Source of the DNA: an uncultured Flavimarina sp. | Lineage (GTDB): Bacteria > Bacteroidota > Bacteroidia > Flavobacteriales > Flavobacteriaceae | DNA: 64,000 bases | NCBI GenBank assembly: GCA_964398145.1 | Contig: CAYNMH010000003.1 | Location: 4,156 to 68,155, forward strand | Direction: 5' to 3' | Shown here: positions 28,702 to 37,507 of the stretch, piece by piece | Layout: each line of letters opens with the position of its first letter | How positions within the stretch are numbered: position 1 is the first letter of the stretch | Translations under genes and position numbers: made by a program | The notes under the pieces: generated by a model | What the model was told of the DNA's origin: nothing | The model's input: only the letters and a program-made list of their open reading frames with translations | The model's database searches: none

Positions 28702-29277
28702 TTAAACAGGATAATAGGGAAATATCATAAAATAGACAATCACACCAGTTACCGCGACATAGAGCCATAACGGAAAAGTAATGCGGGCTATTTTACGGTG
28801 GAGTTCAAATTTACCCAAAGCCGCCCGTACATACGTAATGAGCACAAAAGGAATAACTCCTATTGATAAAAGAATATGCGAAATCAGAATGAAATAATAG
28901 ATGTATTTCAACGATCCTATTGCAGTATTTTCGGCATCAGATAAAACGCCATCCAGATTGGTATCACCGAATGTAGTAGAATCTGAAGTCGCGTGATAAA
29001 TAACATACAGTACCAGAAAAATGACAGATAAAAAGATACAGGTCTGCATTAATTTCTGATGCAGGCTTTTGTTACCTTTTTTGATCTGAATAACAGCAGT
29101 AATGAGCAATACTGCTGTAAGCGCATTAATACCGGCGTAAATAGGAGGCAAAAAGCCCAGACGCTCCACATTAGGTATGCGCAACCTGAAAAGTAAAGCG
29201 ACTGCAACGGGTATAGCCATTGAAAGAACAACAATCCACCGATTGTACATCTTCTCTTTTTGTACTAGATCACTCAT
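28702..29277 (-). CDS. DUF420-family membrane protein (CtaM-like oxidase assembly factor)
   Basis: 191 aa polytopic protein with a DUF420-like helix pattern. Abuts the SCO gene with no gap. Confidence 0.7.
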   Translation of the reverse strand: MSDLVQKEKMYNRWIVVLSMAIPVAVALLFRLRIPNVERLGFLPPIYAGINALTAVLLITAVIQIKKGNKSLHQKLMQTCIFLSVIFLVLYVIYHATSDSTTFGDTNLDGVLSDAENTAIGSLKYIYYFILISHILLSIGVIPFVLITYVRAALGKFELHRKIARITFPLWLYVAVTGVIVYFMIFPYYPV

Positions 29278-30033
29278 TTAGCTTTTATTCTTATTCAGTA
29301 GTTTTTGAATGTCTTCAATCAGGATATCGATTTGAGACGTCTCTTCGCCTTCTTGCACCTCTGCACCTTGCGGAATAAACCCACGGTAGTAAATAAGCGG
29401 ATTTCCAAATTCATCTTTACGGGAGCGAATAAACCCGTTTTGATCTACGAGTGCAAATAAACCGGAATGCTGAAAATTCCCTTCAATATTGGGATTTTCC
29501 TGAGCCAAAAGATTAAAACCTACATTAGCCAACTCATAAATTTCCTCACGGTTCCCGGTCATCAGATTCCAGTCCGGATCGGTCACGCCATAACGCTCGG
29601 CATATTCCTTAAGAACCTGCGGGGTGTCGTGCTCCGGATCTATACTAAAACTGGCTATCCCAAAATCTGGATTGTCTTTAAACGTATTTTGAATCAGCAC
29701 GAGATTTTGATTCATAGGAATGCAAATGGTAGGGCAACGGGTGAAGAAAAATTCGACCAAAAAAACCTTTCCTTTATAACTATCTTCGGTTATGGTATCC
29801 CCATCCTGGTTTACAAATTCAAAATGAGGAACCTTGCGATCCTTCCCATTGATGTTGATGTAAGATAACGCACCATCATCATCTGCCGTATCCAGCTTAG
29901 CCACATTAAGGCGATCATTTTTAACGACTTCACCGGTCTTGAGACGCTCAATAATTTTTGGGATGGTAAGTATTCCAAAAATAAATACGATTACAGCTAT
30001 GCCTATGTAAGTTTTCTTTTTATTCATTTTCAT
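29278..30033 (-). CDS. SCO-family copper chaperone / thiol-disulfide protein
   Basis: TM anchor, thioredoxin fold with CPTIC (CxxxC) and a downstream His (FQHSG). ATG at 30033 shares one nt with the upstream stop (TGATG). Confidence 0.88.
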   Translation of the reverse strand: MKMNKKKTYIGIAVIVFIFGILTIPKIIERLKTGEVVKNDRLNVAKLDTADDDGALSYININGKDRKVPHFEFVNQDGDTITEDSYKGKVFLVEFFFTRCPTICIPMNQNLVLIQNTFKDNPDFGIASFSIDPEHDTPQVLKEYAERYGVTDPDWNLMTGNREEIYELANVGFNLLAQENPNIEGNFQHSGLFALVDQNGFIRSRKDEFGNPLIYYRGFIPQGAEVQEGEETSQIDILIEDIQKLLNKNKS

Positions 30034-30659
30034 CAACGATCTGCGTTATTCTTTTTTAAAGCTAAACGGTATTCTGCCAGAATGATTTTGACATCATCCT
30101 TCATCTTGTTAGATAATTCCGCAATATCAGAACTATCGTAACCATAAAGCATCCCTTCGTCTTCATCATCATCCCTCCCCCGGAGGTTGCGGTCTTTATC
30201 TATAATGAAAATATAAGGCGATCCTCCATCTTCGGCCAGATTATAGGGTGTCTTCAGACTTTTAAAAACGTCTTCAATTTGTTGCTGCGAAAGACTTACA
30301 AAATACCAGTTTGAGATATCGGTAAGTCTGCCCAGTTCTGCTTTTACTTTGTCAAGAGCTGCCAAATCTGCGGTTTCCGGAACCAGATACACAAATTGAA
30401 AATCATCAAACTCCCGAAAAGGCTTGAATATTTTCTGGTTGAGATTAAATAAATCTCCGCCTTCACGCTCAATGGTATTTCCTAAAAATCCTAAAACCGT
30501 AATTTTATTCTGGAGTTGAACTTCAGAAGTTCCCTGAAGCTCAGGAATACTCCGCTGTAAAGTAGGAAGTTTGGCAAAATTATGAATACCTGAAGCAAAG
30601 AAGAGGTAGGCCACAATAGGCAGGATAAACAATACCCCCAAAACAACATACTTTTTCAT
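30033..30659 (-). CDS. Membrane-anchored Sco/thioredoxin-fold-like protein lacking the CxxxC and His ligands
   Basis: 208 aa. TM anchor. By eye it is colinear with the adjacent SCO protein (ITVLGFLGNTIEREG replaces FLVEFFFTRCPTIC; SPYIFIIDKDRNLRGR vs HSGLFALVDQNGFIRSR). No Cys in the mature part. Confidence 0.45.
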   Translation of the reverse strand: MKKYVVLGVLFILPIVAYLFFASGIHNFAKLPTLQRSIPELQGTSEVQLQNKITVLGFLGNTIEREGGDLFNLNQKIFKPFREFDDFQFVYLVPETADLAALDKVKAELGRLTDISNWYFVSLSQQQIEDVFKSLKTPYNLAEDGGSPYIFIIDKDRNLRGRDDDEDEGMLYGYDSSDIAELSNKMKDDVKIILAEYRLALKKNNADR

Positions 30660-30727
30660 TATTTAACCTCCTATTTAAGAGTTACGGGTCCTTTCATACA
30701 GAATAGGGCTCCTTTTCTAAGCGTTTG

Positions 30728-30759
30728 CAAAGGTACATCACAGAATGATTGCAGTAAAA
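30728..30759 (-). promoter_or_regulatory. Candidate promoter for the Sco-like/SCO/DUF420 operon (TTTA-N19-TACCTTTG)
   Basis: Minus strand has an exact -7 box (TACCTTTG) with TTTA 19 nt upstream. It lies just downstream of the subunit IV terminator. Confidence 0.35.
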
Positions 30760-30765
30760 TGAGAC

Positions 30766-30794
30766 ATAAAAAAAGACGACATATAGTCGTCTTT
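30766..30794 (-). terminator. Rho-independent terminator after cytochrome oxidase subunit IV
   Basis: 9-bp stem aaagacgac / gtcgtcttt with a 5-nt loop, then a T7 run on the minus strand. A T-run also follows on the plus strand. Confidence 0.85.
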
Positions 30795-30815
30795 AATTTT
30801 TTATCTGAGCAAGGC

Positions 30816-31175
30816 TTAAAAATCCCAGGCTACATAACCTTCTTTGTAAACATCAAAAATGTAATCTCCTTCGGTAAGCAGGATAAATACTAAATAACAG
30901 ATTAGAAATATCGCAGTCCAAACCACAGATCTTCTCAATCCTTTGGTTTCGTGCTCCATGTGCATAAATGCCCAGGTAATTAGATAAGCTTTATAAACTG
31001 TTAGCAAAATGAAAATCCAGTTTAACAGGTGCATTCTTAAAAAGTCGGTTTCAACTAAAAAACCGGGTCTTATTATACCCAAAGCTACTTCAATAATGGT
31101 AACTATTGAAAGAATTCCAAAAACCGTCCAGATTCTTTTAGTAGCCGAACCGTGATGTGCTGAATCGTGTGCCAT
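30816..31175 (-). CDS. Cytochrome c oxidase subunit IV-family protein
   Basis: 119 aa, three TM helices. Immediately downstream of subunit III. Confidence 0.75.
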   Translation of the reverse strand: MAHDSAHHGSATKRIWTVFGILSIVTIIEVALGIIRPGFLVETDFLRMHLLNWIFILLTVYKAYLITWAFMHMEHETKGLRRSVVWTAIFLICYLVFILLTEGDYIFDVYKEGYVAWDF

Positions 31176-31220
31176 TGTTTTTATTTTAATGCTTCCGCTT
31201 AGCGGATTGAATTGTTAAGA

Positions 31221-32204
31221 TTAAACCAGGTAAAAGAATGTGAATACAAATACCCATACCAGGTCTACAAAGTGCCAGTATAATCCCACCTTCTCAACCA
31301 TCTCATAGCTGCCTCTACGCTCGTAAGTGCCCAGAATCACATTGATGAAGATAATGATGTTTATGATAACCCCTGAAAATACGTGGAAACCGTGGAAACC
31401 GGTAATAAAGAAAAAGAAATCTGCAAATAAAGGTGGGCCATATTCATTATGTACCAGATTAGCGCCTTGCACCACCTGCAACCCGTCATTTTCCAACTTA
31501 GCTAACGATTCATCTCGCGATAATATAGTTTTCTGCCCCTCCTCATTTATAAGCTGGGTGCGCACCAGTAAATCTGGGTTTGCTTTAAAACCTTCAATTA
31601 CTTCTGCAAGTTCATAATCTGGCAAACTGCTTTCTGACTGATACCAGATCGCTTCACTTTTAGTAAGACGCGTACGGTCTGAAGGAAGATCAACTACAAA
31701 GGATTCTAAAGCAACCTGCTCTCCCTCTGCATTTACAAACTGAATGATTTTACCGCCTTTAGTTTCAACAGCTCCATATTCCCCGGAAATAAAGTTAGAC
31801 CATTCCCAGGCCTGTGAACCCACAAATACCGCTCCACCGATAATGGTAAAAAACATATACCAGATCACTTTATTCTTTTTCATCTGATGGCCGGCATCTA
31901 CAGCAAGCACCATAGTTACCGAAGAAAAAATCAGAATAAAAGTCATCAGGGCTACATAATACATAGGAGCATCGACGCCGTGTAGAAAAGGAAAGTGAGT
32001 AAACACTTCATCGGCGATAGGCCAGATATTTATAAATTTAAAACGGGAAAATCCATATGCTGCAAGGAAACCGGAAAATGTGAGTGCATCCGAGAGGATA
32101 AAAAACCACATCATCATTTTACCGTAACTCGCTTTCAGAGGTTGTTCATCGCCACCCCCCCAGATTTTGCCTTCCGTGCCTGTTTTAACAGCTGTAGCGT
32201 TCAT
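31221..32204 (-). CDS. Cytochrome c oxidase subunit III (with a large internal insertion)
   Basis: Subunit III motifs: FFFITGFHGFHVFSGV and YWHFVDLVWVFVF. 327 aa. Confidence 0.88.
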   Translation of the reverse strand: MNATAVKTGTEGKIWGGGDEQPLKASYGKMMMWFFILSDALTFSGFLAAYGFSRFKFINIWPIADEVFTHFPFLHGVDAPMYYVALMTFILIFSSVTMVLAVDAGHQMKKNKVIWYMFFTIIGGAVFVGSQAWEWSNFISGEYGAVETKGGKIIQFVNAEGEQVALESFVVDLPSDRTRLTKSEAIWYQSESSLPDYELAEVIEGFKANPDLLVRTQLINEEGQKTILSRDESLAKLENDGLQVVQGANLVHNEYGPPLFADFFFFITGFHGFHVFSGVIINIIIFINVILGTYERRGSYEMVEKVGLYWHFVDLVWVFVFTFFYLV

Positions 32205-32230
32205 ATTTTAATATCGGTTTATAAGCGTTG

Positions 32231-32262
32231 CAAAAATAGGTATTTTAAAAATGCTTTTCAAA
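32231..32262 (-). promoter_or_regulatory. Candidate internal promoter for subunit III/IV genes (TTTG-N20-TATTTTTG)
   Basis: Both consensus elements are present on the minus strand, in the 130-nt gap between the two subunit-III-family genes. The -7 box ends 27 nt upstream of the ATG. Confidence 0.5.
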
Positions 32263-32334
32263 GCAATAATCGGTATTTATAACCATTCAAAAAAAAGAAT
32301 TTTTAGAGGTTTTTAAGTAAATACGCGCAATGAT

Positions 32335-32928
32335 TTAGTGAATGAGATCGTCTGCAAACATGAAAAAGAGTACTAGATAAACCCATAAAATATCTACAAA
32401 ATGCCAGAAAGTTGCCCCTAACTCCACTCCAAGCGTCTGACCCTTAGTATATTTACCTCTAAGCTGCTGCACGAGAACAACAAGCAAAACCAAAATACCC
32501 GCGGCAACGTGTACAATGTGGCTTATTACAAACACGTAAATCAACGATGTGGTAACATTGCTTTGATCTCCTGTAAAGAAATATCCCTGCTCTACTATCT
32601 GACCAAATCCCACAAATTGGAAAATAACAAAGCCCACCCCCAGAAGGGTCGTAATTACAAGAGCTGAGGTGCCCAGGGTATTTTTTTCACGACTAATTGC
32701 TCTTTTAGCCACAATCATACTCAGACTGCTCAATATTATAAGAGCCGTACTGATATAAAAGGCCTGAGGTAATTCAAAATTACTGAGCCAGTCTTTACGC
32801 TCGCTGCTTACAATATATGCACTGGTAAGTCCGCCAAACATCATCGAAAGACTCACTATACCAAACCACAACATCATCTTTTTAGAGCGTGCGATTTTTA
32901 CCTGTTCTGATTGCGATGTATAATCCAT
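32335..32928 (-). CDS. Cytochrome c oxidase subunit III-family protein (short paralogue)
   Basis: 197 aa, five TM helices. HIVHVAAGI and FWHFVDILWVYLVLFF. Its start shares one nt with the cyoE stop (TAATG). Confidence 0.8.
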   Translation of the reverse strand: MDYTSQSEQVKIARSKKMMLWFGIVSLSMMFGGLTSAYIVSSERKDWLSNFELPQAFYISTALIILSSLSMIVAKRAISREKNTLGTSALVITTLLGVGFVIFQFVGFGQIVEQGYFFTGDQSNVTTSLIYVFVISHIVHVAAGILVLLVVLVQQLRGKYTKGQTLGVELGATFWHFVDILWVYLVLFFMFADDLIH

Positions 32929-33899
32929 TACCTTAAAAATTTATCTGCCACGTAAATAATCTGTATTAATGTAATATAGCTTACACTTGAGAGCATAAGC
33001 CTTTTGGCGGTAAGGTTGTTCTTATATATATACAGTCTTACAGCGTAATACAGCAGCCCAAGACCTAAAATTCCAACTAATACAGCAGAAACAGGTGTCA
33101 AATAGAGCCTCCCGGTTACCTCAAAAACCGGAATAAGCGACACCATAATCGTCCAAATGGTATATAATAGTACCTGAATGGCTGTACCCCGGTCCCTCTT
33201 ACCTGTTGGTAACATGAAAAACCCTCCCTTTTTATAATCGTCAAACAAGAACCAGCCTATTGCCCAAAAATGAGGAAACTGCCAAAAAAATTGCAACATA
33301 AACAAGGTTCCCGCTTCAATACCAAAATCTCCCGTTGCAGCAATCCATCCCATCATAAAGGGAATCGCCCCGGGAAATGCACCTACGAAAACGGAAAGTG
33401 GCGTTTTTGTTTTTAGCGGAGTGTAAACACATACATATAAAAAGATGGAAATTGCTCCAAAAACAGCAGTTATAGGGTTGATGATGTAAAGTACAATCAG
33501 CCCCAGCACAGTAAAAACAGTTGCGATCGTAAAAGCGGTACGTACAGACATACGCCCGGCGGCCACTGGACGATTTTTAGTACGATCCATCAAAGAATCC
33601 AGATCTCTTTCAATAATCTGGTTATAGGCATTAGAAGCCCCTACCATAAGATAACCTCCTACCGCAAGAAGCAAAACGGTAAGCCAGTCAATGCTGTAAG
33701 CGCCCAGCAGATAGCCCGCCATGCTCGAAAACACTACACTTAATGCAAGACGCATCTTAGTGATTTCTTTAAAATCCTGCCAGACAGAAGGGGCCAAAGT
33801 ATGAGATTTTGCGAAGCTCAAAAGCGTGTTTTTCAAGGGCTTTAAAAAGTCGTGCAAAGATACCACACACACCGCATCTGCACAAGGGATATAAAGCAT
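32928..33899 (-). CDS. cyoE: Protoheme IX farnesyltransferase (heme O synthase)
   Basis: UbiA-family motif NAYNQIIERDLDSLMDRTKNRP and multiple TM helices. The ATG at 33899 may be 15-25 codons too far upstream, so the start is uncertain. Confidence 0.88.
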   Translation of the reverse strand: MLYIPCADAVCVVSLHDFLKPLKNTLLSFAKSHTLAPSVWQDFKEITKMRLALSVVFSSMAGYLLGAYSIDWLTVLLLAVGGYLMVGASNAYNQIIERDLDSLMDRTKNRPVAAGRMSVRTAFTIATVFTVLGLIVLYIINPITAVFGAISIFLYVCVYTPLKTKTPLSVFVGAFPGAIPFMMGWIAATGDFGIEAGTLFMLQFFWQFPHFWAIGWFLFDDYKKGGFFMLPTGKRDRGTAIQVLLYTIWTIMVSLIPVFEVTGRLYLTPVSAVLVGILGLGLLYYAVRLYIYKNNLTAKRLMLSSVSYITLIQIIYVADKFLR

Positions 33900-33948
33900 A
33901 ATAAAAACGCCCGGCTTTTAACAGAAAAATGTCACGAAGGATTTTGAA

Positions 33949-34356
33949 TTACGGCTCAATCCCTACCGCATCATACACCTGCACCCGCTCCCAGAGATGC
34001 GAAGCTTCCTCAATAAATTTAAGGTGCACCGGTTCTTGCTGATACTTATTTTGAATTTCTTTGGATGGAAAAGTTAGGATGATAGAATAGGTCCAGCTGT
34101 TATCTACCACATCACGCGGAGTATTTGCAGGTTTGCCTATAAATTTAGTCTGGGCATATTCACTGGTATTTAAAAAACGAGTGAGCGCTTCTTCAAATGC
34201 TGCACGATCCTCAGGACTCTCAGGATTGTTGAGCCAAAAATAAACCACATGGGCAAAGTTTGTATCAAAAGTAGTTTCCGGCTTTTTTGCAGTTTCCTTA
34301 CAAGCAACAAGAGTCACCATCAGCACAAAAATAACTGCATATTTAAACAAGTTCAA
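33949..34356 (-). CDS. Dabb (stress-responsive A/B barrel) family lipoprotein
   Basis: Signal peptide with LVAC lipobox, then the HVVYFWL.. Dabb pattern. The ORF start is a TTG, with no nearby in-frame ATG upstream of the signal peptide. Confidence 0.65.
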   Translation of the reverse strand: MNLFKYAVIFVLMVTLVACKETAKKPETTFDTNFAHVVYFWLNNPESPEDRAAFEEALTRFLNTSEYAQTKFIGKPANTPRDVVDNSWTYSIILTFPSKEIQNKYQQEPVHLKFIEEASHLWERVQVYDAVGIEP

Positions 34357-34373
34357 ATCCTTAGTTTTAAAAA

Positions 34374-36473
34374 TTAATAATCAAAGTACCAGTTAAACAA
34401 ATCGGTTCTAAAGCCAAAATTTACCCAAACCGTTCGCTCCGTCAGGTTTACCGGGTCAAATTGCTCGGTGCGATTATCTCTATATAACACCGAAGCGTAA
34501 AGTTTCAGGTTTGTTGAGGGGTTCAACAAACATCCTACTTCTACATTACCCAAAAACGTATTCGCACGATTTCCCTGGCCAATTTCTATACCAAGTTCAG
34601 ACGGGATATTTTCATCATTCCCGTAAATGCTTCCACCGTAATATATCTGATCGATATCACCAATCTCAAACCCACGCTCCCCATAAATAAGTTTTGCAGC
34701 ACCATACCAGCGGTCATTCCTGTAGCGCGCAATAGCGATCAACTCCCTGAAATTTGCGCCCCACAAATGTGCCATAGATTGATTGTTATGCCCGTAATTA
34801 AGAACGATTTCATTATTTGAATACACATAAGGCCGTACCTGATTGAACTCCAATTGCAATTGCAGGTTATCTATATGGAAGGCGTCATAATACTTAAAAC
34901 CCAATTGCACGCCCTGCTTATTCTGAAAAGATTTAGTATTGCTAAAAACCGCTCCGGTCGAAAACTCGTCAATTATCACCTGAGCATAGGCATTAAAACG
35001 ATCGCTGAATTTATATTTGGCACTTAAACCTATAAGCGCATTACCCCCACGCGAACCGGTTGAAAATTCAATAGCCCGGTAAAAAATAACCGGATTCAGA
35101 TAATTGAGATCAAAGCCCCGGTCGTTATCATTAGTCCAAATCACATTTTCAAACAAACCTATATTGAGTCTTTTAGTAGCATTCAGACTCAAATAATGGT
35201 TGGCCATATATTTGGTTCTAAATGACCCGTCTGCAACCACTTCCGGACGCACGTCGCGTAAAGACATCCAGGTATTGGTATACTTCAATTTCCAAAATGT
35301 GGTATTCAGCTTAAAAAACGGATAAGGGCTGGCAATATCTGAAAGTAAAAGAGAACGGTAACCATCCCCAATAAAATTTTTACCGTGACCAAACTGAATA
35401 TTGAAATACTTGTTTGGGGTGTAAGACAAATATCCTTCCGCCACCGGATAATCAAAATCGCCTGAAGCCGATTCTGCAGCCACTCCCCGGCCTGGAACTA
35501 TCGCGGGGTTTCCGCCATCAGGTCTTATAGCGCGTGCATATCTGTTAAAATAACCTGCAAACGTACCCTGACTTTCGTAAACGACCGTATAAAAGTTGAA
35601 ATTTTTACCTAAGCCACCCTGAAAGACTACCGCTCGTGTGTTGTTATAGGTATAGCTTTGATCTTCATTATCTGCCGTTTCAAAACCAAGCTGAAGATCG
35701 GCGGCGGGATCTAAGGTAAACCAGTAATCTTCTCCTTGCAGGGTTACCATGTGTTCATTCCAAAACTTACGACCAAACCAGGATTCTTTTTTTTTATACA
35801 AACTTTCCCGTGCTTCTTTCAGGTCATAATAAGCATTAACATTGGCGTAGGTAAATGGCTTTCCGGCAGTATGCGCATTGGTCCCCACCCGGTTTAGCTC
35901 CTGATCAAACCTGCTATACGTTTCATGAGAAAAAGGAATAAACAATTGCGAATCGTATTCCCGATTCGCAAAAGGATAAGTCTTAATAGCGTCGTATTCA
36001 CTTTGTACCTCAAGCTTTTTAACCGGAACCGCCCCCATTTTAGCAGAATCTGTTGAATCAGTTTTAGCAAAAGGAATAGGGATAGGCATATTAAATTGCA
36101 TATATGTAGGCCGGGCATTGTAAGTAGCAGGCTTGACCTGTGGCAGCGTTTTAAACACCCGGGTAATTTCAGCACGCAATTCTTCATACACACCGGTTAC
36201 GTGCAGCAATTCAAAATTACCTTCTTCCGTTACCTCAAAAAGAACAACCAAATCCCCGGAATACTGCTCATTTAAAACCCGCTGAGGCATTTTAAATTCA
36301 GTTTTAATCTTTGAAATTAAAGTTTCATTAAAACAGGTCGCCAACTCTTTGGCCATAACCTGTTCACATTCTTCAAAGACGGGATACTGTTCAAAATTTC
36401 CCGTTATTAATTGAGCCTGTATGGAGGAAACCAGTAGAAATGCTGCAACCGAAGCAAAAATCTTAATTGGCAT
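34374..36473 (-). CDS. Large outer-membrane beta-barrel protein with an N-terminal TonB-C-like domain (possibly RemB/Wzi-like)
   Basis: 699 aa. Signal peptide. Residues about 25-135 align with the C-terminal domains of the two downstream TonB proteins (YPVFEECE..C..E.., LPQVKPA). The rest shows beta-strand periodicity and ends NWYFDY. The RemB/Wzi family name is from memory only. Confidence 0.55.
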   Translation of the reverse strand: MPIKIFASVAAFLLVSSIQAQLITGNFEQYPVFEECEQVMAKELATCFNETLISKIKTEFKMPQRVLNEQYSGDLVVLFEVTEEGNFELLHVTGVYEELRAEITRVFKTLPQVKPATYNARPTYMQFNMPIPIPFAKTDSTDSAKMGAVPVKKLEVQSEYDAIKTYPFANREYDSQLFIPFSHETYSRFDQELNRVGTNAHTAGKPFTYANVNAYYDLKEARESLYKKKESWFGRKFWNEHMVTLQGEDYWFTLDPAADLQLGFETADNEDQSYTYNNTRAVVFQGGLGKNFNFYTVVYESQGTFAGYFNRYARAIRPDGGNPAIVPGRGVAAESASGDFDYPVAEGYLSYTPNKYFNIQFGHGKNFIGDGYRSLLLSDIASPYPFFKLNTTFWKLKYTNTWMSLRDVRPEVVADGSFRTKYMANHYLSLNATKRLNIGLFENVIWTNDNDRGFDLNYLNPVIFYRAIEFSTGSRGGNALIGLSAKYKFSDRFNAYAQVIIDEFSTGAVFSNTKSFQNKQGVQLGFKYYDAFHIDNLQLQLEFNQVRPYVYSNNEIVLNYGHNNQSMAHLWGANFRELIAIARYRNDRWYGAAKLIYGERGFEIGDIDQIYYGGSIYGNDENIPSELGIEIGQGNRANTFLGNVEVGCLLNPSTNLKLYASVLYRDNRTEQFDPVNLTERTVWVNFGFRTDLFNWYFDY

Positions 36474-36570
36474 GAAGGCAAGAGATTTAGGTTTGGGAAA
36501 GATACTATTTTTTCAACAGCTCTGATAAATGAAAAATCCCCGGTAAACATTCAAAGTATAAATAAGCTGA

Positions 36571-36595
36571 AACAGCCCGCTTCGGGCGGGCTGTT
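36571..36595 (-). terminator. Putative intrinsic terminator after the TonB gene at 36616-37398
   Basis: 10-bp GC-rich stem aacagcccgc / gcgggctgtt with a 5-nt loop. The U-tract on the minus strand is weak and interrupted (TTTCAGCTTATTT). Confidence 0.55.
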
Positions 36596-36615
36596 GCCTT
36601 GTTTTTAACGTAAAA

Positions 36616-37398
36616 TTACTGCTGTACCTGAAATTTTATGGGTTGATAGTAAATGACCCGTACGTTGCGATCCCGTTGCTTTCCGGGCTTCATTTGAGGC
36701 AATTTCTCCATTACCCGTACTGCCTCCTTCTCAAGAGCCGGATGCGGAGCTCTTGTTTTAAGATCAACCACATTGCCAAATTCATCAATGGTAAACTGCA
36801 CATCCACTTTATTCATACCCTCCAGTCCATATTGCTCGCCCAGGCTGGTGTTAAAATTACGGTTAATAAACCGGTTTAATTTTTCCTGCATACAGGCTTT
36901 TAATTCTTCATTAGAACTAAGTCCTTCACAGCCGGGAAAAACCGGAACACGTTCAACCCTTCTAAAATCGGTAGTTTCAACCGGAGGCTCGGGCACCTTT
37001 TCAAAACTGTCTGCATCAATTATAGACTCTGAATCTACAGGCTCTTGTGGTTGCGGCTCAAAAAGTGGAGTCTCGAGATCCACAAAATCAGGAACCGGTT
37101 CCGGAGGCAGAACATCACTTACCTCATCCCTTTGAGGGACAACCTCCTTTGGTGTTTCTCTCCTGATCGGCTCATTCCATTTATCCATCATCAAAGTGGG
37201 GACCTCACCCAATTCCTGGGGTTTGTAAGCGGCGACAGGTGACTTGATTTCAAAAAGAATGATAGCGAGTAGTAAAGCGGTTATTAGCCCTACCTGAAAA
37301 TAGACCACGGTGTTTTTTCGTAAATTTACATCGTGCTTGCTTGTTGTGCGATTTGCGCTTTGCCGAGCGCAAGAGTCGCTTTGTTGAGATTTACTCAT
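36616..37398 (-). CDS. Energy transducer TonB
   Basis: 260 aa. N-terminal TM anchor, Pro/Glu-rich linker, and a C-terminal TonB-C domain of the flavobacterial type (VPVFPGCEG..C..). Confidence 0.85.
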   Translation of the reverse strand: MSKSQQSDSCARQSANRTTSKHDVNLRKNTVVYFQVGLITALLLAIILFEIKSPVAAYKPQELGEVPTLMMDKWNEPIRRETPKEVVPQRDEVSDVLPPEPVPDFVDLETPLFEPQPQEPVDSESIIDADSFEKVPEPPVETTDFRRVERVPVFPGCEGLSSNEELKACMQEKLNRFINRNFNTSLGEQYGLEGMNKVDVQFTIDEFGNVVDLKTRAPHPALEKEAVRVMEKLPQMKPGKQRDRNVRVIYYQPIKFQVQQ

Positions 37399-37451
37399 AA
37401 ATAAAGTTTTAATGGTTACTAATGTTTAAAACTTTAACAATAAGCTTGCCA

Positions 37452-37483
37452 TAAAAAAACCCGTCTCGCTTTCGCGGACGGGT
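37452..37483 (-). terminator. Rho-independent terminator after the TonB gene at 37508-38236
   Basis: Stem acccgtc / gacgggt with inner gcg pairs, followed on the minus strand by a T7 run. Confidence 0.8.
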
Positions 37484-37507
37484 TTTGAAATTTTAACAGG
37501 TAGAAAT

